Shown here: in pieces, positions 50,825 through 64,000 of the stretch
How positions within the stretch are numbered: the stretch's first letter is position 1
Layout of the letters: every line of letters starts with the position of its first letter
DNA from: Haliotis rufescens
Lineage: Eukaryota
Assembly: GCF_023055435.1 (NCBI RefSeq)
Contig: NW_025964112.1
Location: 41,664,001-41,728,000, forward strand
Direction: 5' to 3'
Length of the DNA: 64,000 nt
Notes under the pieces: generated by a model
The model's input: only the letters and a program-made list of their open reading frames with translations
The model's database searches: none
Told to the model about the DNA's origin: nothing
Position numbers and translations under genes: made by a program

Positions 50825-52231
50825 CTATATGTAAATAAAACACACAGTTAATGCAAGTTAACACAGACACGGGTGACATTCATGCACCTGCAAAACTGAG
50901 CACCAGAGAATGTACATCCTGATGAATATAATGATGATGATAGTAAAAATACAAATATGAATAAAAACGATATGTCTGTTGTTTAACACCACAATCAGCA
51001 ATATTACAGCACTGTGTGAGTAATTGAGTCTGGCCAATCCAGTGACTGATGTCATGAGCATCGATAGACGCAATTGGGATATGATGACATACATCAACCA
51101 AGTCAGTGAGCCTGACCACTCGATCCCGTTAGTCGCGTCATACGACAATCATAAATATAAAATGTTGTATTATTGTAAGTATGTTAATATTAGCAGCTAA
51201 TTTATGTTAAATGTATCATTTGGCAAGAATATATTTCCTATTTTTAACAGTTATCCTATGTCATCATGGCAGAGTTTGTTTTCCCTGTTGAACTTGAGAC
51301 TGAAAATTATTCTTATATTGGAACCAATCTCAGCCATTGAGACCAAAATGAATCTCTCAATATTTTTATATTTTTATATTTTTCTCATGTTCTACTTGGC
51401 TAGAACATATCCTCACTACAGTGAAGCCACTCCCACACACACGCAGACACAACATGGCAAAAACTCCTTATTTGGTGACTGTCTACATGTAGAGTGCATC
51501 AAAGAGGCTGGACAAATGTCAAAGATCTCAATTACAGCTCATTTCTCAAAGCAAAAAAAAAAAGCAGAAGACAGTTCTGTGATCGCATGATTTTGTGTAT
51601 GAGACATTTCCAATATACTCAACTTCACAGTATTGATACACCTAGTGTCTGATTTTCTCATATCATTGATCGCGAGGAGCGTGAATGGGATGTATTACAG
51701 CGACACAATCAGTGTTTACGCCATTTTGTCTGTCTAGTCGTGTCCATGCAATCAATAGAGTTAGCCTCAGGATACCCTGACTACTACTGATCTCATCTAG
51801 CACGACATCCATCACGCCGATGTTGCTCACAATGATGCCACCAACCTTGTAGACAGGGTTTTATTTCATGGACTAAATTTGATGTAAAACTTTCAAACAT
51901 AGTCAAATCATTGACAGCCATATTGCCATATTGCCATCTTGCTTGAGGCATCATTCCCTTAACCACATCTTTCTATTAAAAAATAAGATCAAGACATTTT
52001 GGTTATATACATCAAGTACAGCAAGGAATGAATCCATTGTATTCATGTCCATCCTCTTTAACACCACCCTATGCACCCTCAACCATCCTACCCCATTCCC
52101 CCCCACCACCATACTCCATACTAACAATGAACCAACCCCATTCAACTACACCCACACCATACCACTGTGAACTTCACACTATCTGATCCTGCCAGACCAC
52201 ACATCACCCAGCTAAATACCTAGCCTAACCC

Positions 52232-52376
52232 ATCTCACAACACACCACACCACACCACACACCCACACCACACACCACACCCACACCACACCACACCACA
52301 CCACACCAAACCCACACCCACACCACACCCACACCACACCACACCACACCCACACCACACCACACCACACCACACC
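52232..52376. repeat. (CACCA)n-type microsatellite
   Basis: Direct inspection. Confidence 0.9.
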
Positions 52377-52644
52377 AGTGATTGATATCATGAGCATTGT
52401 TCCACGCAATTGGGAAAAGATGATGTGCATCAAACAAGTACAGGGAGCCTGACCACCAAATCCCATTAGTCATCTCTTTCAACAAGCACAGGCACCTTTT
52501 AAAGCAAGCATTGGTTGCTGAAGACCTACATCTAATAAGGTAGCAAAAAATAAATTAAATGGTTGATCTTTTTAAAAATTATTCAAGCAAAGCAAGCACC
52601 TATCTTCTCATTTCTATATCCCCACTATGACCTTGAGGAAATGA

Positions 52645-52995
52645 GGTGAGGTGAAATGGGGTTTAACGTCGCGTCCAAGATTATTGCACTTATATAGCGA
52701 CGTGCATGTACGTGTGTGTGTTTGTGTGGCTGCTTGTACTAGTCAGGACTGATGCCAATTTATAGTGCTAGCTCAGAGATACCATGGCGCAGTTTAACAT
52801 GAATACCCCACTCAGACACAGTATACTGACTCCGAGCCGACCAGTCCTTGTTTTAGCCCCTTAATGCCGAGCGCCAGACAGGGTAACAACAAGTACCATC
52901 TTTTAACGTCTTTTGGTATGACGCGGCCGGGGATCGAACCCCGGACCTTCCGCTCTCCGGGCGGACGCTCTACCACAAGACCACGGAGGCGGTCT
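52645..52995 (-). mobile_element. SINE family C, full-length: tRNA-derived head, central domain resembling the Meta-SINE domain, (CCTCA)n tail
   Basis: Head GTGGTCTTGTGGTAGAGCG...GGTTCGATCCCCGG, then GTCATACCAAAAGACGTTAAAAGATGGTAC...GGCGCTCGGCATTAAGG. TSD TTGAGGAAATGA. The Meta assignment is from memory of the consensus and needs a library check. Confidence 0.88.
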
Positions 52996-53171
52996 TTGAG
53001 GAAATGAAGAAACCAGACATCCCCCACCATAACACACACCCTTCACTCTGGATAAGGAAGTAACATACAAGTGCCAGGTGTACACCCATACACACAGTGT
53101 CAACCAGCTTTCAGTGGGGAATATAGTTTATGCTTCAGTGGAGATGAACCATAAGCATGCTCATCATGTGG

Positions 53172-53400
53172 ACTTCCTGCTAAAGTTGGTCATCAGCAAC
53201 CCATGCTTGTCGTATGATGCGACAAACAGGATCAGGTGGTCAGGCTCGCTGACTTGTTGATATGCGTTATCGTATTTCAATTGCGTAGATGGATGCTCAT
53301 GATGTCAATCACAGGTTTGTTTGGTCCAGAGTTGATTATTTACAGGCTGCAATCATATAGCAGGAATATTGCTGAGTGCGGCATTAAAGACCAAACAAAC
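53172..53400 (+). mobile_element. Family B copy in the opposite (+) orientation; further + fragments at about 56970-57025 and 61930-62060
   Basis: Reverse complement of the other copies, ending ...GCTGAGTGCGGCATTAAAGACCAAACAAAC. Confidence 0.85.
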
Positions 53401-53725
53401 AGGTGTGAAAACCTGTGGTGATCTCGGGGCAGAAATGTCCCCAGAACCTCAGGCTAGTCAAGTCCAGCAGGTATGTGTGTAAACGTGTGGTGATCTCGGG
53501 GCGGAAAGGTCCCCAGTACATCTCAGGGCAGAAAGGTCCCCAGTACCCCATGCTAGTCAAGTCCAGCAGGTATGTGTGTAAACGTGTGGTGATCTCAGGG
53601 CAGAAAGGTCCCCAGTACATCTCAGGGCAGAAAGGTCCCCAGTACCCCATGCTAGTCAAGTCCTGCAGGTATGTGTGTAAACGTGTGGTGATCTCGGGGC
53701 AGAAAGGCCCCTAGAACCCCATGCT
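53400..53725. repeat. Composite tandem repeat, about 4 units, two with an internal sub-duplication
   Basis: CAGGTATGTGTGTAAACGTGTGGTGATCTC...GCAGAAAGGTCCCCAGTAC...GCTAGTCAAGTCC is repeated. Confidence 0.9.
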
Positions 53726-55044
53726 TGCACTTACATGATGAAACTGAACAGATGCCTTCCGTATCCTACAGCTCCACATAACACCGTACACCTACATAAA
53801 TTTATTGCAGTATGTACAGTAACGCTCCAAACAACTGTCTCCTACGATCAATATTTATTGCAGCGAATAGCTTGGTGTAGTGAGCTAGTCAGCCTGGTGC
53901 TCTCCTCTCCCACAACCTGCCACACACAGGACCAGCCCTTGAAGGGTGCAGGACAGGCTGCTGAGTGTATGTGTGGCAGAGGAAACGCAGAATTACATAC
54001 ACCACTATAGTCAAGGCCACACTGACACCTGACAGCCAGCACTGCAAGAAATTAACACAGGGAGGATTCCCATGGGAGGGATCTACATGCAAGAAAAACA
54101 TTTCACTTTTGAGCAGGATTTGGACAATTTGATAACTACATGTTTCGGTGTCTGACACACACTACACCTGTGATTTACAATCTTGTTCCACAAATTGATC
54201 GTAGTGATAAGACGATTGTAGCTCCAAACTTTCACGTGGACTCTACTTTAACATGACAGTCATAGAGCTATGATCATTTTAAGGAACAGGTTCCGGCATC
54301 ATAAAGTTCAAACAACCCCCTCAACAAAGCGTTCTTTGTACCAAGAGAATTGTTAGTCCATGTAAACGCATGTGAGTTGCAATGGTGAAATCGCTCAGAT
54401 CAGTTCATGGAATGGGCCCCAGAGTATTTGAATGAATGAATGAGTATGGTATTACGCCAATTAGGGCAATATTCCAGCATTATCACAGTGGGGGTCACAA
54501 GAAACGGGCTTCACGCATTGTACTCATGTGGGGAATCGAACCCAGGACAAGCGAACGCTTTAACCACAAGGCTACCCCACCGATCTCCCTGGAGTGTTTG
54601 AAAATGTACCTTCAGACCTTCTTAGTTGCAGTAGTATGTATCATCATACTAAATGTCTTACAATTTATTTATTCTACTAAGAGAATACATAAACAGATAT
54701 GTGAGACATGTTACACAATATTCATTATCACTAGTTGTGACTTTCATAAAATGGCACAGGAGTAGCTCCATGGCTTCAATCAATAAAGGATCTTACATTG
54801 ACGACTGTCTAAATTTATGAACAGAAGTACAGATTCTACATAGCTGTGTGGAAGGAAGCTGGCTTGCATTAGGCTAGGACAGAGTGTTGGAGTTTTAATA
54901 TGGAAGACCTACAATATATATAGTCAAACACCATTGTGAAGCGGTTGAAGGGACCTACTTAAATACTTTGAGATATATGAGGTTCGCCAAATGAAAAAGG
55001 ATGAACAAAAAAGGAATACACAGGGACCAAGCTTTTACTTTGGG

Positions 55045-55340
55045 ACAATCGTAAGTTCAACACATCAATTTTCAACACAGTGTTAACACTGTGTGCAGAC
55101 AAACCATTTGTAAAGTTGAACCACTGATTCCTTACACAAATATTTGGCAATATTTAAGCAGCATAACGGCAGGGGATACCAGAAACAGACTTGAGTGAGA
55201 CAATCGTAAGTTCGACACATCAAATTTCAACACAGTGTGCAGACAAACCATTTGTAAAGTTGAACCACTGATTCCTTACACAAATATTTGGCAATATTCA
55301 AGCAGCATAACAGCAGGGGATACCAGAAACAGACTTGACA
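55045..55340. repeat. About 150-bp tandem duplication that includes part of a SINE A
   Basis: GACAATCGTAAGTTC...ACCAGAAACAGACTTGA occurs twice. Confidence 0.88.
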
Positions 55341-57459
55341 CATTGTACCTGAGTGAGGAACCCTTTGGAATGAGGAGCAACATGTTAACTACTAGGCTAC
55401 CCATTGATTCATGAAGGGGTGGAGCAGGTTTAAACTCATTACGTTCGTACTGCAACTAACTAGTAGTACTATTTACATATTGTAGAAAGGAAAAAAAAAA
55501 ATCAACAAATATTCAAAATGTGTTGTGTTTGAATATCTGTTTTTTCCTTAGCATGGAAACAATACTCATCACACATTGGGTAATATAATTTTCATAATTT
55601 TCAAGTTTAATCACCTTAATCTGAAAATCTTTTGAAACAAACGAGACCTGACCTATGAGGCCTCACAAGATATTCAGTATCTATAAATAGAGGCGATGTA
55701 TCTGGCTCTCCCACACATCAGTTCTTGGAGTGAGCTTGTAAAGAGCTTGGCATTGAATACGACACTATTAAAACATCATTGGTCAGGATTACCTGGGCAA
55801 GGGAGATAACTCTCAATATTTCTGTAAACCCCTTGTGCATCAACTAGCCTTACTTGTTGCCTCAAATCGAATTACTAGCACTGTTCTATGTCATGACTGA
55901 ATCTGCATTATGTTACACTCATTCTGAAGAGAAGATTTAAGTGTTTATTTTCTTCAAACGGATAAAATTTCTGATGATCATGATTAAATAAAAATATATA
56001 AGTAACGTCTTGTGGGCCCATCTTATGATGTATACAAAGTGTATCAAGGGCTACAAAGCAAGTGAGTATGATTTTACGCCGTTTTTTGCAATATTGCAGC
56101 AATATCACAGCGGGAGACACCAGAAATGGGCTTTACATATTGTAACCAGATTAGTAAAGAAACTGTATTTCATGTACATTATTTGGAACATGTGCCATGC
56201 AAAATTCTAGTTCAAAGGAATGTTTATAAACTGAGGACAACTACACCCAACATTTTGCAAGCCACAGCCACCTGTACCCCAAGTGCTAAACTTGCTTGGC
56301 ATATCATGTATATGGGAGGGTTTTCCCTTTTGCCCCTACAATCAGGGGGTCAACACCACTCCCAAAGCACTTACACAGCCACAGCGAAACAGAAAGTTTG
56401 ACAGTTCAAAAGTCATATGCTGTATAAGGGCACTTTTTACACACTGATTCTGGACATAAATAGGAATCACATCTTTCAACGCCTTAATAAACTCATATTC
56501 ATGGAAGAAAGTCTTTTCAGTTTTATTTACATATTGGTTTAATGGGATATATATTTCATTACATGGGTCAAAGAGACAGAGATTTTAGCAATAAATCACA
56601 TTGAGAGATGAATCTTTTAAACACCTTAATTAAACCTTAATTTTATCTTGTTAGAGAAACAACAATTCACATATTTTAATTAATGGGAGTAATGGGTTTC
56701 ATTTCTCTACATGGGACAAAGAGACAGATTCTAGCCTAGAGAAATTACATCTTGTAATGCCTTAACATAAACTCACATATTTTTTAGAAAAACAAAAAAT
56801 ATATTATTTAAAATAATGGGTGGTATGGGTTTCAATTAATTACATGAGACAAAGCGACACACAGATTCTAGCCACAATTAACATTAACTGAGCTTCCTAA
56901 ACATGAACCATACATTCTTTAACAGAATCTTATCATTTCAAACAAACACTGCATACAATCCTTTGTGTAACGCCGCCATACAGCTGGAATACTGCTCAGT
57001 GCGTCATTAAACAACCAAACAAACTTTGTGTAACAGGTTCCTAAAATTCTGAACAAAAAAGACCCTGCTGAAGAAGATTAGTGCAAATTTGACTGTCAAA
57101 TCTTCCCAATAGGCTCTACTTCTGATGCAAGGTGGGCATTGAATGATAATCCAACAGCAAGTCTCCTCCCAATGGAGAATACACACTGGCTAAATTTGTG
57201 TGCAGGTGTCAGGGAGGTCGGGTGAAAAAAACACAAACAGCTGTTTTGGATTTGTAAACATCTTGTTGACATTTCGAAAAAGAAATGAATGAGGGCCTAA
57301 CCTTGGTGGTTTGTGACATCAACTTGGCAGGTTAGGGGAACGTTAATCTTGATTGTGTCACCACAGCGACTCAGTGTGATCTCCAAATACAACACATACT
57401 TCACTAAATGACATGATGGCAGCACTATCCTGAGAAACCTTCTCCTTCTCCCTCTCCCA

Positions 57460-57714
57460 TCACCACCACCATCATATCATCATNNNNNNNNNNNNNNNNN
57501 NNNNNNNNNNNNNNNNNNNNNNNNNNNNNNNNNNNNNNNNNNNNNNNNNNNNNNNNNNNNNNNNNNNNNNNNNNNNNNNNNNNNNNNNNNNNNNNNNNNN
57601 NNNNNNNNNNNNNNNNNNNNNNNNNNNNNNNCATATCATCATCTCAACATCATCATATCAACATCATCATCATCATATCAACATCATCATCATCATCATA
57701 TCATCATCACCATC

Positions 57715-57746
<32 letters not shown>

Positions 57747-57748
57747 CA
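57460..57748. repeat. (CAT)n microsatellite spanning an assembly gap (N at 57484-57631)
   Basis: Direct inspection. Confidence 0.9.
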
Positions 57749-60004
57749 AAATGTGGACTACCACATGACTTAATGTCACTATAGCAACCTGTGTGATCTT
57801 CTCATACCTTTCTTACAACATGCCATCATTATCTTGTAGATGCATCACCATTATTTCCATTTAAAACTGTTATCATGATGCACTCTTATTTCATTTCCTG
57901 AACATTCTCACATTAATTATACTGCATAAACTTTTATAACACAATATTTTCAACAAACATTTTTAATTATCGTCCATTTGAATACCTGTCTCTAATTACA
58001 GGTGAGTGAATATGGTTTAACACCACTTTTAGCATTATTGCAGTAATATCATGGCAGAAAGTACCAGAAATAGGCCTCACACATTTAATGCATGTGGGAA
58101 TTGAACCCAGGCCTCCGATGCAACAAGCAAACGTATTCACCACTAGGCCACCTTACTGCCTCTCATATTATAGGTACCACTGACGTTTTTAACTTCAAGT
58201 AAATGGCTAGTCAATAGGTTTGTCCAGTTGCTAGAGGTATCACTACAAGAGGTCCCAATATTTCACACATAATGTCAATGTTGGATCCCTGTCTTCTGCA
58301 TATTTAGGAAATGTTTAATCACTAGGCTACCCCACCTGTCAAACAAGGGAGGATTTAAGAAAACGATATTTTATCATATATTAATATGAAGAAAATGGGG
58401 CGTCCTTTAAAGAATCAGGTGTCCTTTAACTTCTTTTGAGTGGCATATTAACATAAGCATGCAACATTTAACTGGGATTGGGCCAAAATTGAGACAAACA
58501 ATATATTCATAAACGAGTAATCATACAAGTAGAACATACTGAACCAGAATTCTATTTTTATATTCATCCTCATATTTGCATTGTGGTTATATAATGAACA
58601 GTTTCTTATCATTGGCAATGAAAGTCTTTACATGTCTTAGCAACAACAAAAATAATCCCTGCAACAAATTAATACTTTAAAGTTAAAAAATAGAAGAAAA
58701 AAAAGTCAAGAAGTAAAATATTTGTCAGATTTTAAGTTTGAAATCTTAAACCTCAGTTTAACCTTAAAAATCCTTTGTTAGCAATGTAAGCAGCAAGGGC
58801 TTAGAAAGAGTACATGAGAGTAGTGTCTGTGCGTTAGCTCCTCCAGGACGCAGTGGAGGATCTACAGCAGGGGCGGCCATTCACACCTGTCTCCCCATCG
58901 TCAACAATGTCCATCAAACAAAACCACGTCAATATTGGGAGCCAAGAAAAATCTATCTTTCAGATTAGGGAACCAAATGCTGGTGTTTTTTGTCCCCAGC
59001 AATCGACATGCAAACCCTGTTTTTGTCTCGCATGGAAATGCTTGTTGAACTTTGCTTCATGTGAAGAATTTGAGTGACACCAAGATATGTCACACCGGAC
59101 TGTACCCACCCCAACCCATCAAGGGAATTAATCTGACGCTCTAATATCCAAAGATTCATAATAATTCAATATTTGCTCTAATATCCAAAGATTCATAATA
59201 ATTCATTACTCCAGAAAATGAGTGAATGTTTAATACAACATTCTGGCATAATGACAAAGGACCCTATTCAGTGTCCAAAATAAGTGCCTGCCTGCCCTTC
59301 TGCCTGCCCGTGGCTAGTAAATTTTCTGTCCGGCTGCATGAAATGTTCCTCCACCTGCCTGACTGCCTGGCAGATAATTTGAGACTATTTACATATTCAG
59401 TTTTAGCATAGCTCCTTGTAGATTCTCAAGTAATTCTTTGCATTCTTTCAACTGAATCAAGATGTGATTTGTCTCTTAGTTTTTTACGATTTTTCAATAT
59501 TTATAATGGCTGAATTCAGGCAGGTAACTTTGAAGATGTGCAGGCAACACCTAAGGGTCACCTGCCTACTGTCTTGTTGGGTTCAAAAATTATTTCAAAC
59601 ACTGCCTCTATTAAATCAAATCTGGATCTCTTTGCCCTGTGGTCACCTGTACCTGCAATGTTACAATGACCCAATTAGCAAGGTCAATAATGTCATTTCC
59701 TCCTAATTTAAATGAAGTCATTATGACAAGCAGGTGTGCTGATTATGTAGTCAACAATCCCCACTGAGCTTGTTCACAAGGGAATCTTAAACATATCCAC
59801 ACCTTGATAATAAATCAATACTTAATATGTTTTGGCTTGACCTACAATTTAATCTGACACTTCCAAACAGTAAACATGACAAAAATAACACTAGCGTCAA
59901 CTTTATACATTTGGTGACCCAGTTTATCAACTACAGACCTAGATATGATTTGATGATTGCTCTCATCAAGACCTGGGCTGTTGGTGATTCACAGCTGTGC
60001 AGGA

Positions 60005-60530
60005 TGCATGTGACCTTCACCGTATTTCCCATGTAGATATGCCATATATAGATAATATACACCAACTAGGAGTTAATGCAGGCAATATGCAACTACAGTA
60101 AACTTTGTTTATAACGAACACGTTTATAATAAACTGACAGATGTAATGAACAGGCTTCTTGGTCCCGGCCATTTGCTGTATATATGCTTATAACAAACTA
60201 TGGTTATAACAAACTAAAATTAGCAGTCCCTTCGAGTTTGTTATAACCGACGTTTACTGTATGTGATCTTCACCTTATTTCCCGGGAAGATATACCATAA
60301 ATAGATCGTAAACACCATCCAGGAGTTATTACAAGCGATATGCAACTATGTGACCTTTACCTTATTTCCCCTGTGAAGATATGCCATATATAGATAATAT
60401 ACAATATTCAGGAGTTATAACGGGTGATATGCAACTATGTTACCATACAGCCATATGTCCAGTGTAGATATACCATATATAGATCATATACACCAAGCAG
60501 GAGTTATTGCAGGTGATATTCAACTTCATT
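60005..60530. repeat. Diverged approximately 85-bp tandem repeat (about 4 units) interrupted by MITE-1
   Basis: Recurring AGATATRCCATATATAGAT...AGGAGTTA...GATATGCAACT. Confidence 0.8.
60096..60259. mobile_element. MITE-1 copy with TA target-site duplication
   Basis: TA|CAGTAAAAC...GTTTACTG|TA. The empty site CAACTATGTGACC is visible in the next unit of the host tandem repeat (about 60343). Confidence 0.88.
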
Positions 60531-63500
60531 ACCCTACTTCCTTCAACACTTTACACAGGAATAAGAAGGCCAGGTGTGTGTTTATTTTGTATATGCAAAG
60601 TAAATATGTCTCATGAACCAAACCAAGGTAAGGTTAACAGTATACTGGTGAAAGCAACACCATCTCCTAATATAGCCCATAATCTTTGTGGCTGCATAAA
60701 CACAATAAGTGAGTGAGGGAGTAAGCGTTTATTGCCACAGTCAGCAATATTCCAGCTGTATCCCATCGGCTTGTAAACAATTGAATTTGGGGAAGACAAA
60801 CCAGTTGTTGATATTTTGAGCAAGGGCCCACATCGTTGGGGCGAGGGTATTAGAGGTTAATTCTATGCAGGACTTAGGGTCGAACATTCATTGAAATTAC
60901 TTCTGTGCTAATGATACATAAGAATTAACATTGACATCTACTGTTCCATTGAGTGAGTAATAATTTTTAATGTTGTTGTTTGTTTGTTGCACTGATCAAA
61001 ATACCAGCTGTATGCCGGTGATCTGTAAATACTTGAGTCTGGACCAGTAATCCAGTGATTGATATCATGAGCACCGATCTACGCAATTGGGATATGAAAT
61101 GTATCAACCGAGCCTGACAACCAGATCCCATCAGCCGCCTCTTGCGACAATCATGGGTTGACCAATCAGATCTTCAGAATTCAAATATCATTTTTCATTA
61201 TTTTTTTTCAAACACTTAGAGCAGTGAAGGAACATAAAACATATATTTTTTAAAGATTAAACAAAATTGACTTTCTAAGAACAAGATCTTGGATAGTGAA
61301 GCACACAAGGCAAAATGATGCCTTTAATGTGACAACCACTGATCAACATTTATAATGGAATCAAAAATACTTCAAATGAACGTTAACTTGTAAAATATAC
61401 ACATGCATCACATGTTTATTTAGGATAGGCAAAAGCATTACGTAAGAAAAGAAAAAATATGTCGCTACAATTGTAACGATAATAAACATCATAGAACTGA
61501 ATCAAACAAAAACTTCAGAACAAACCCTTATGGAGATCCTGACTTAAAAACATATCATTACAGTTACATTAAAAAACATGGTCCAATTAATAACGAACAG
61601 AAGCGGCACTGTTATCTAAAGGAAATGCAGAGAACAAGTGATCTTTTTCCAGGGACTGTTGGCAATTTAACATTTCTGACTTGCACAATTAGGGCAGTTG
61701 TTAGGGGAGTAGCAGTGTGCTGCTTCAGCTAGTGCCATTAATTACACAACTGTGCTGCAAGTTGGCCGACAGCTCCCCCAACACCAGAGCACTTCCAGAC
61801 AGGTTATTCCCAGATACTCCCTCCTGGTGCTCATGGATTGTTCAGCCACAGCGTTCATTTAAACATTTAACTTTTTTTCTGAAATGACTTGACTGCATAT
61901 CAAAAGAAAGCATGTTATTTTTTTTCTAAAGACCTTGGTTTGATACCCCCTTGGGTACACGTTGTTCAGAATATCAATACGGTCACTGTCTGGTCCAAAC
62001 TCAACTATTTACTGACCGCAGTCATACAGCTGCAATATTGCTGCAAACAGCAAACAAACAAATCCTATGAACAATAGTGAAGAAATATGTGGAGGTTATC
62101 AGTTGCATGTGAGTAAGTGAGTTTTTATTAATTGTCACTTTGAACAGTACTCCAGTTATATCACAGCATATCAGCATGTTGTAGGAGGAAAGCCCAAAGT
62201 GATGCAGGTCTTAGTCGATTACCACTGTGGTGAAACCCATGAGCTAGGGTATTGGGTTGACAAACCTAGAAACGAAATCAGGGTGGCTGGATTCTAACCA
62301 CCAATCATTGACTTCTGACATGCCTAGAGGATGCAACTCGGCATAGGGAATAATAGCGGAGCCTTCGGTAACTGGGCCATATGAATTATTAACATTGACA
62401 TATGAATTATGCAATACTGTGTCACCCATAATGCAACTTGTCCACACGCTTGCACTTGTTCATGGAATAATTACAAATACCTGAATTTGCAATTCTCAAA
62501 CGGACTATAGGGAGTACTGTAATCATTATGAATAAAAAATCCATTCCTTTGACTCTCAATTAGTTTCTGTCATAAAAATAAATGTTAGCATTACATAAAC
62601 AACTTTCCCATGCTATCAACCCCTCACTGTCAAAATTGTTTTAATGAATGGCAATTCATATCAAAGAATACCATCATGTCACAAATGGAAAATTCGCCCC
62701 AAGACAATATCCAAGCTCTTAAATTGTTCCAACTTATTATATTTCGTGAGTGTGGTTAATGATTGACATCATCATAAACTGTTCAAACTCATCAGGAATA
62801 TAAGGGAGATAACTCCATGTGGGAAGAGCTAAACCAGAAGTGATCAAGTGGACAGCACTTGATGTGAAGAGCTTCATCATGTCAATGCTATTGGTGGTAT
62901 GGTGACTTTCACAAGGCTAGCATCATCCCTGCAGCAAAATACTAGGACATCGTAAGGCCAAACGTCTATGGTTGACAGGGATTTAAGGAGTAAAACTGCA
63001 ATAAGATGCAAGATATAGTTTTAAAAACTTGAATATTTTCTATTTTATTTTGAATGATTATGAAAGACTTTTATGGCTTATTAAAAGAAAAAAAAGCAAC
63101 CTTTTTTGGAAAAACAGTTTGTATCCCTTGAATAACTACAATTTCATTTTGACAGAAAAGTTTTTTCTTTCCATTACATGTTTACAGTGGACAGAGACCT
63201 TTCATCCATTGATATTTTCCTGCTTCTTCCAAAACAAGGCGGACAGGCAACTATATATAAATTCAAATAATCTCTATTCATTTCCTGCTTTATGGCTTTT
63301 GGCAGTGGTCGGTCGATTCGGAAACCAAAAAAGTGTCGTCTTAGTGACACAGGAGAAGAAAATAAGCTTCGGCGCGAAGTGCTTGCAGGAATATTAATGG
63401 TTTGTTGCATGTCATGAATTATTACGATTTCTTATCAGAAACAGTTAAAGCTTGGGAATAAACCTCTCCATCAAGCATTTAGAAGGATGTTGGAAATGTT

Positions 63501-63887
63501 CACATGTTGAAATTATATTTTAAACCCTGTAAACTTGATAAATCACACAGAATGGTTTATGCAAAATGATATGGAAAATGATACTTATAACTTGAAATTG
63601 CACAGCAAACTAGTTCCAAACCAAACCTTTGTGCCATTCTTCTAATGCAAGAACAACAGGACGATGGCGCCTCATTGGAGATCAGGTAATGTTCTTCACA
63701 GTCACTACAGCCGAAACTATTAGACAAAGACACGGCAAATCAAAGAGTACTGGCACACAAAGCCATAAAACTGTGGTCAATGGCTAGATAATTGAACCTA
63801 GGGTGTTGTCATAGCAAATCAAGGAAAACACAGCATGATATATGAGAACACGGCAATCCAAAGCCTCTATGTTCACCACCATCATAC

Positions 63888-63992
63888 CAGACTGGTATTC
63901 TTGGTATTTTGCAGATGTCGCAGGAGTTCAGGATTGTCCGGTATGGCAGTGTAGCTACCTTTCTGTTTTTCGAAGTCACTATGGTATTCTCT
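63888..63992 (-). CDS. Lasp: Nebulin-repeat exon REYHSDFEKQKGSYTAIPDNPELLRHLQNTKNTSL (most 5' exon in the window)
   Basis: 105 nt, TTTTGCAG acceptor, GTATGA donor, phase 0-0. Confidence 0.94.
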
Positions 63993-64000
63993 CTGCAAAA

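Larger units (their letters stand above)
1395..63992 (-). other. Lasp: Multi-exon LASP/nebulin-family gene, 5'-incomplete: at least 17 nebulin repeats, optional PEVK-like exon, P/S/Q-rich linker and C-terminal SH3
   Basis: About 27 GT-AG-bounded exons join in compatible phases (0-0 repeats, 0-1, 1-1 linker, 1-0, 0-stop). The C-terminal SH3 and the 'DDPETQRLKKNMQVVSNVAYH' repeat are Lasp-type. No LIM exon is present in the window. Confidence 0.93.

Noticed and set aside
62244-62447. 67-aa minus-strand ORF with coding-like composition
   Set aside because: No in-phase acceptor or donor links it to the gene, it has no recognisable domain, and it partly overlaps a diverged repeat.

Overview
This is AT-rich eukaryotic genomic DNA, not prokaryotic. 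The SINE and MITE content suggests a gastropod mollusc (inference). Almost the whole window is the 3' part of one intron-rich gene on the minus strand, a LASP/nebulin-family actin-binding protein. The ORF track misses most of it because the exons are short. Read by hand from high to low coordinates, it has sixteen 105-nt phase-0 exons that each encode one 35-aa nebulin repeat. Eight of these form a young tandem cluster, with one decayed pseudo-exon among them. Next comes a large PEVK-like (P/E/V/K/Q/A) exon with an in-frame TGA 51 nt before an in-frame donor. It is followed by a 184-nt canonical Lasp nebulin-repeat exon, about eight phase-1 linker cassette exons built from two repeated short motifs, a 29-nt exon, and a terminal SH3 exon ending at TAG 1395-1397. 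The expected N-terminal LIM exons would lie beyond position 64000. The introns hold at least three SINE-like families (strongly biased to the gene's sense strand), two Tc1/mariner-type MITE families, many minisatellites, a CpG/CCAAT-rich possible internal promoter and two N gaps. All exon calls rest on splice-site, phase and translation logic only, with no transcript evidence.
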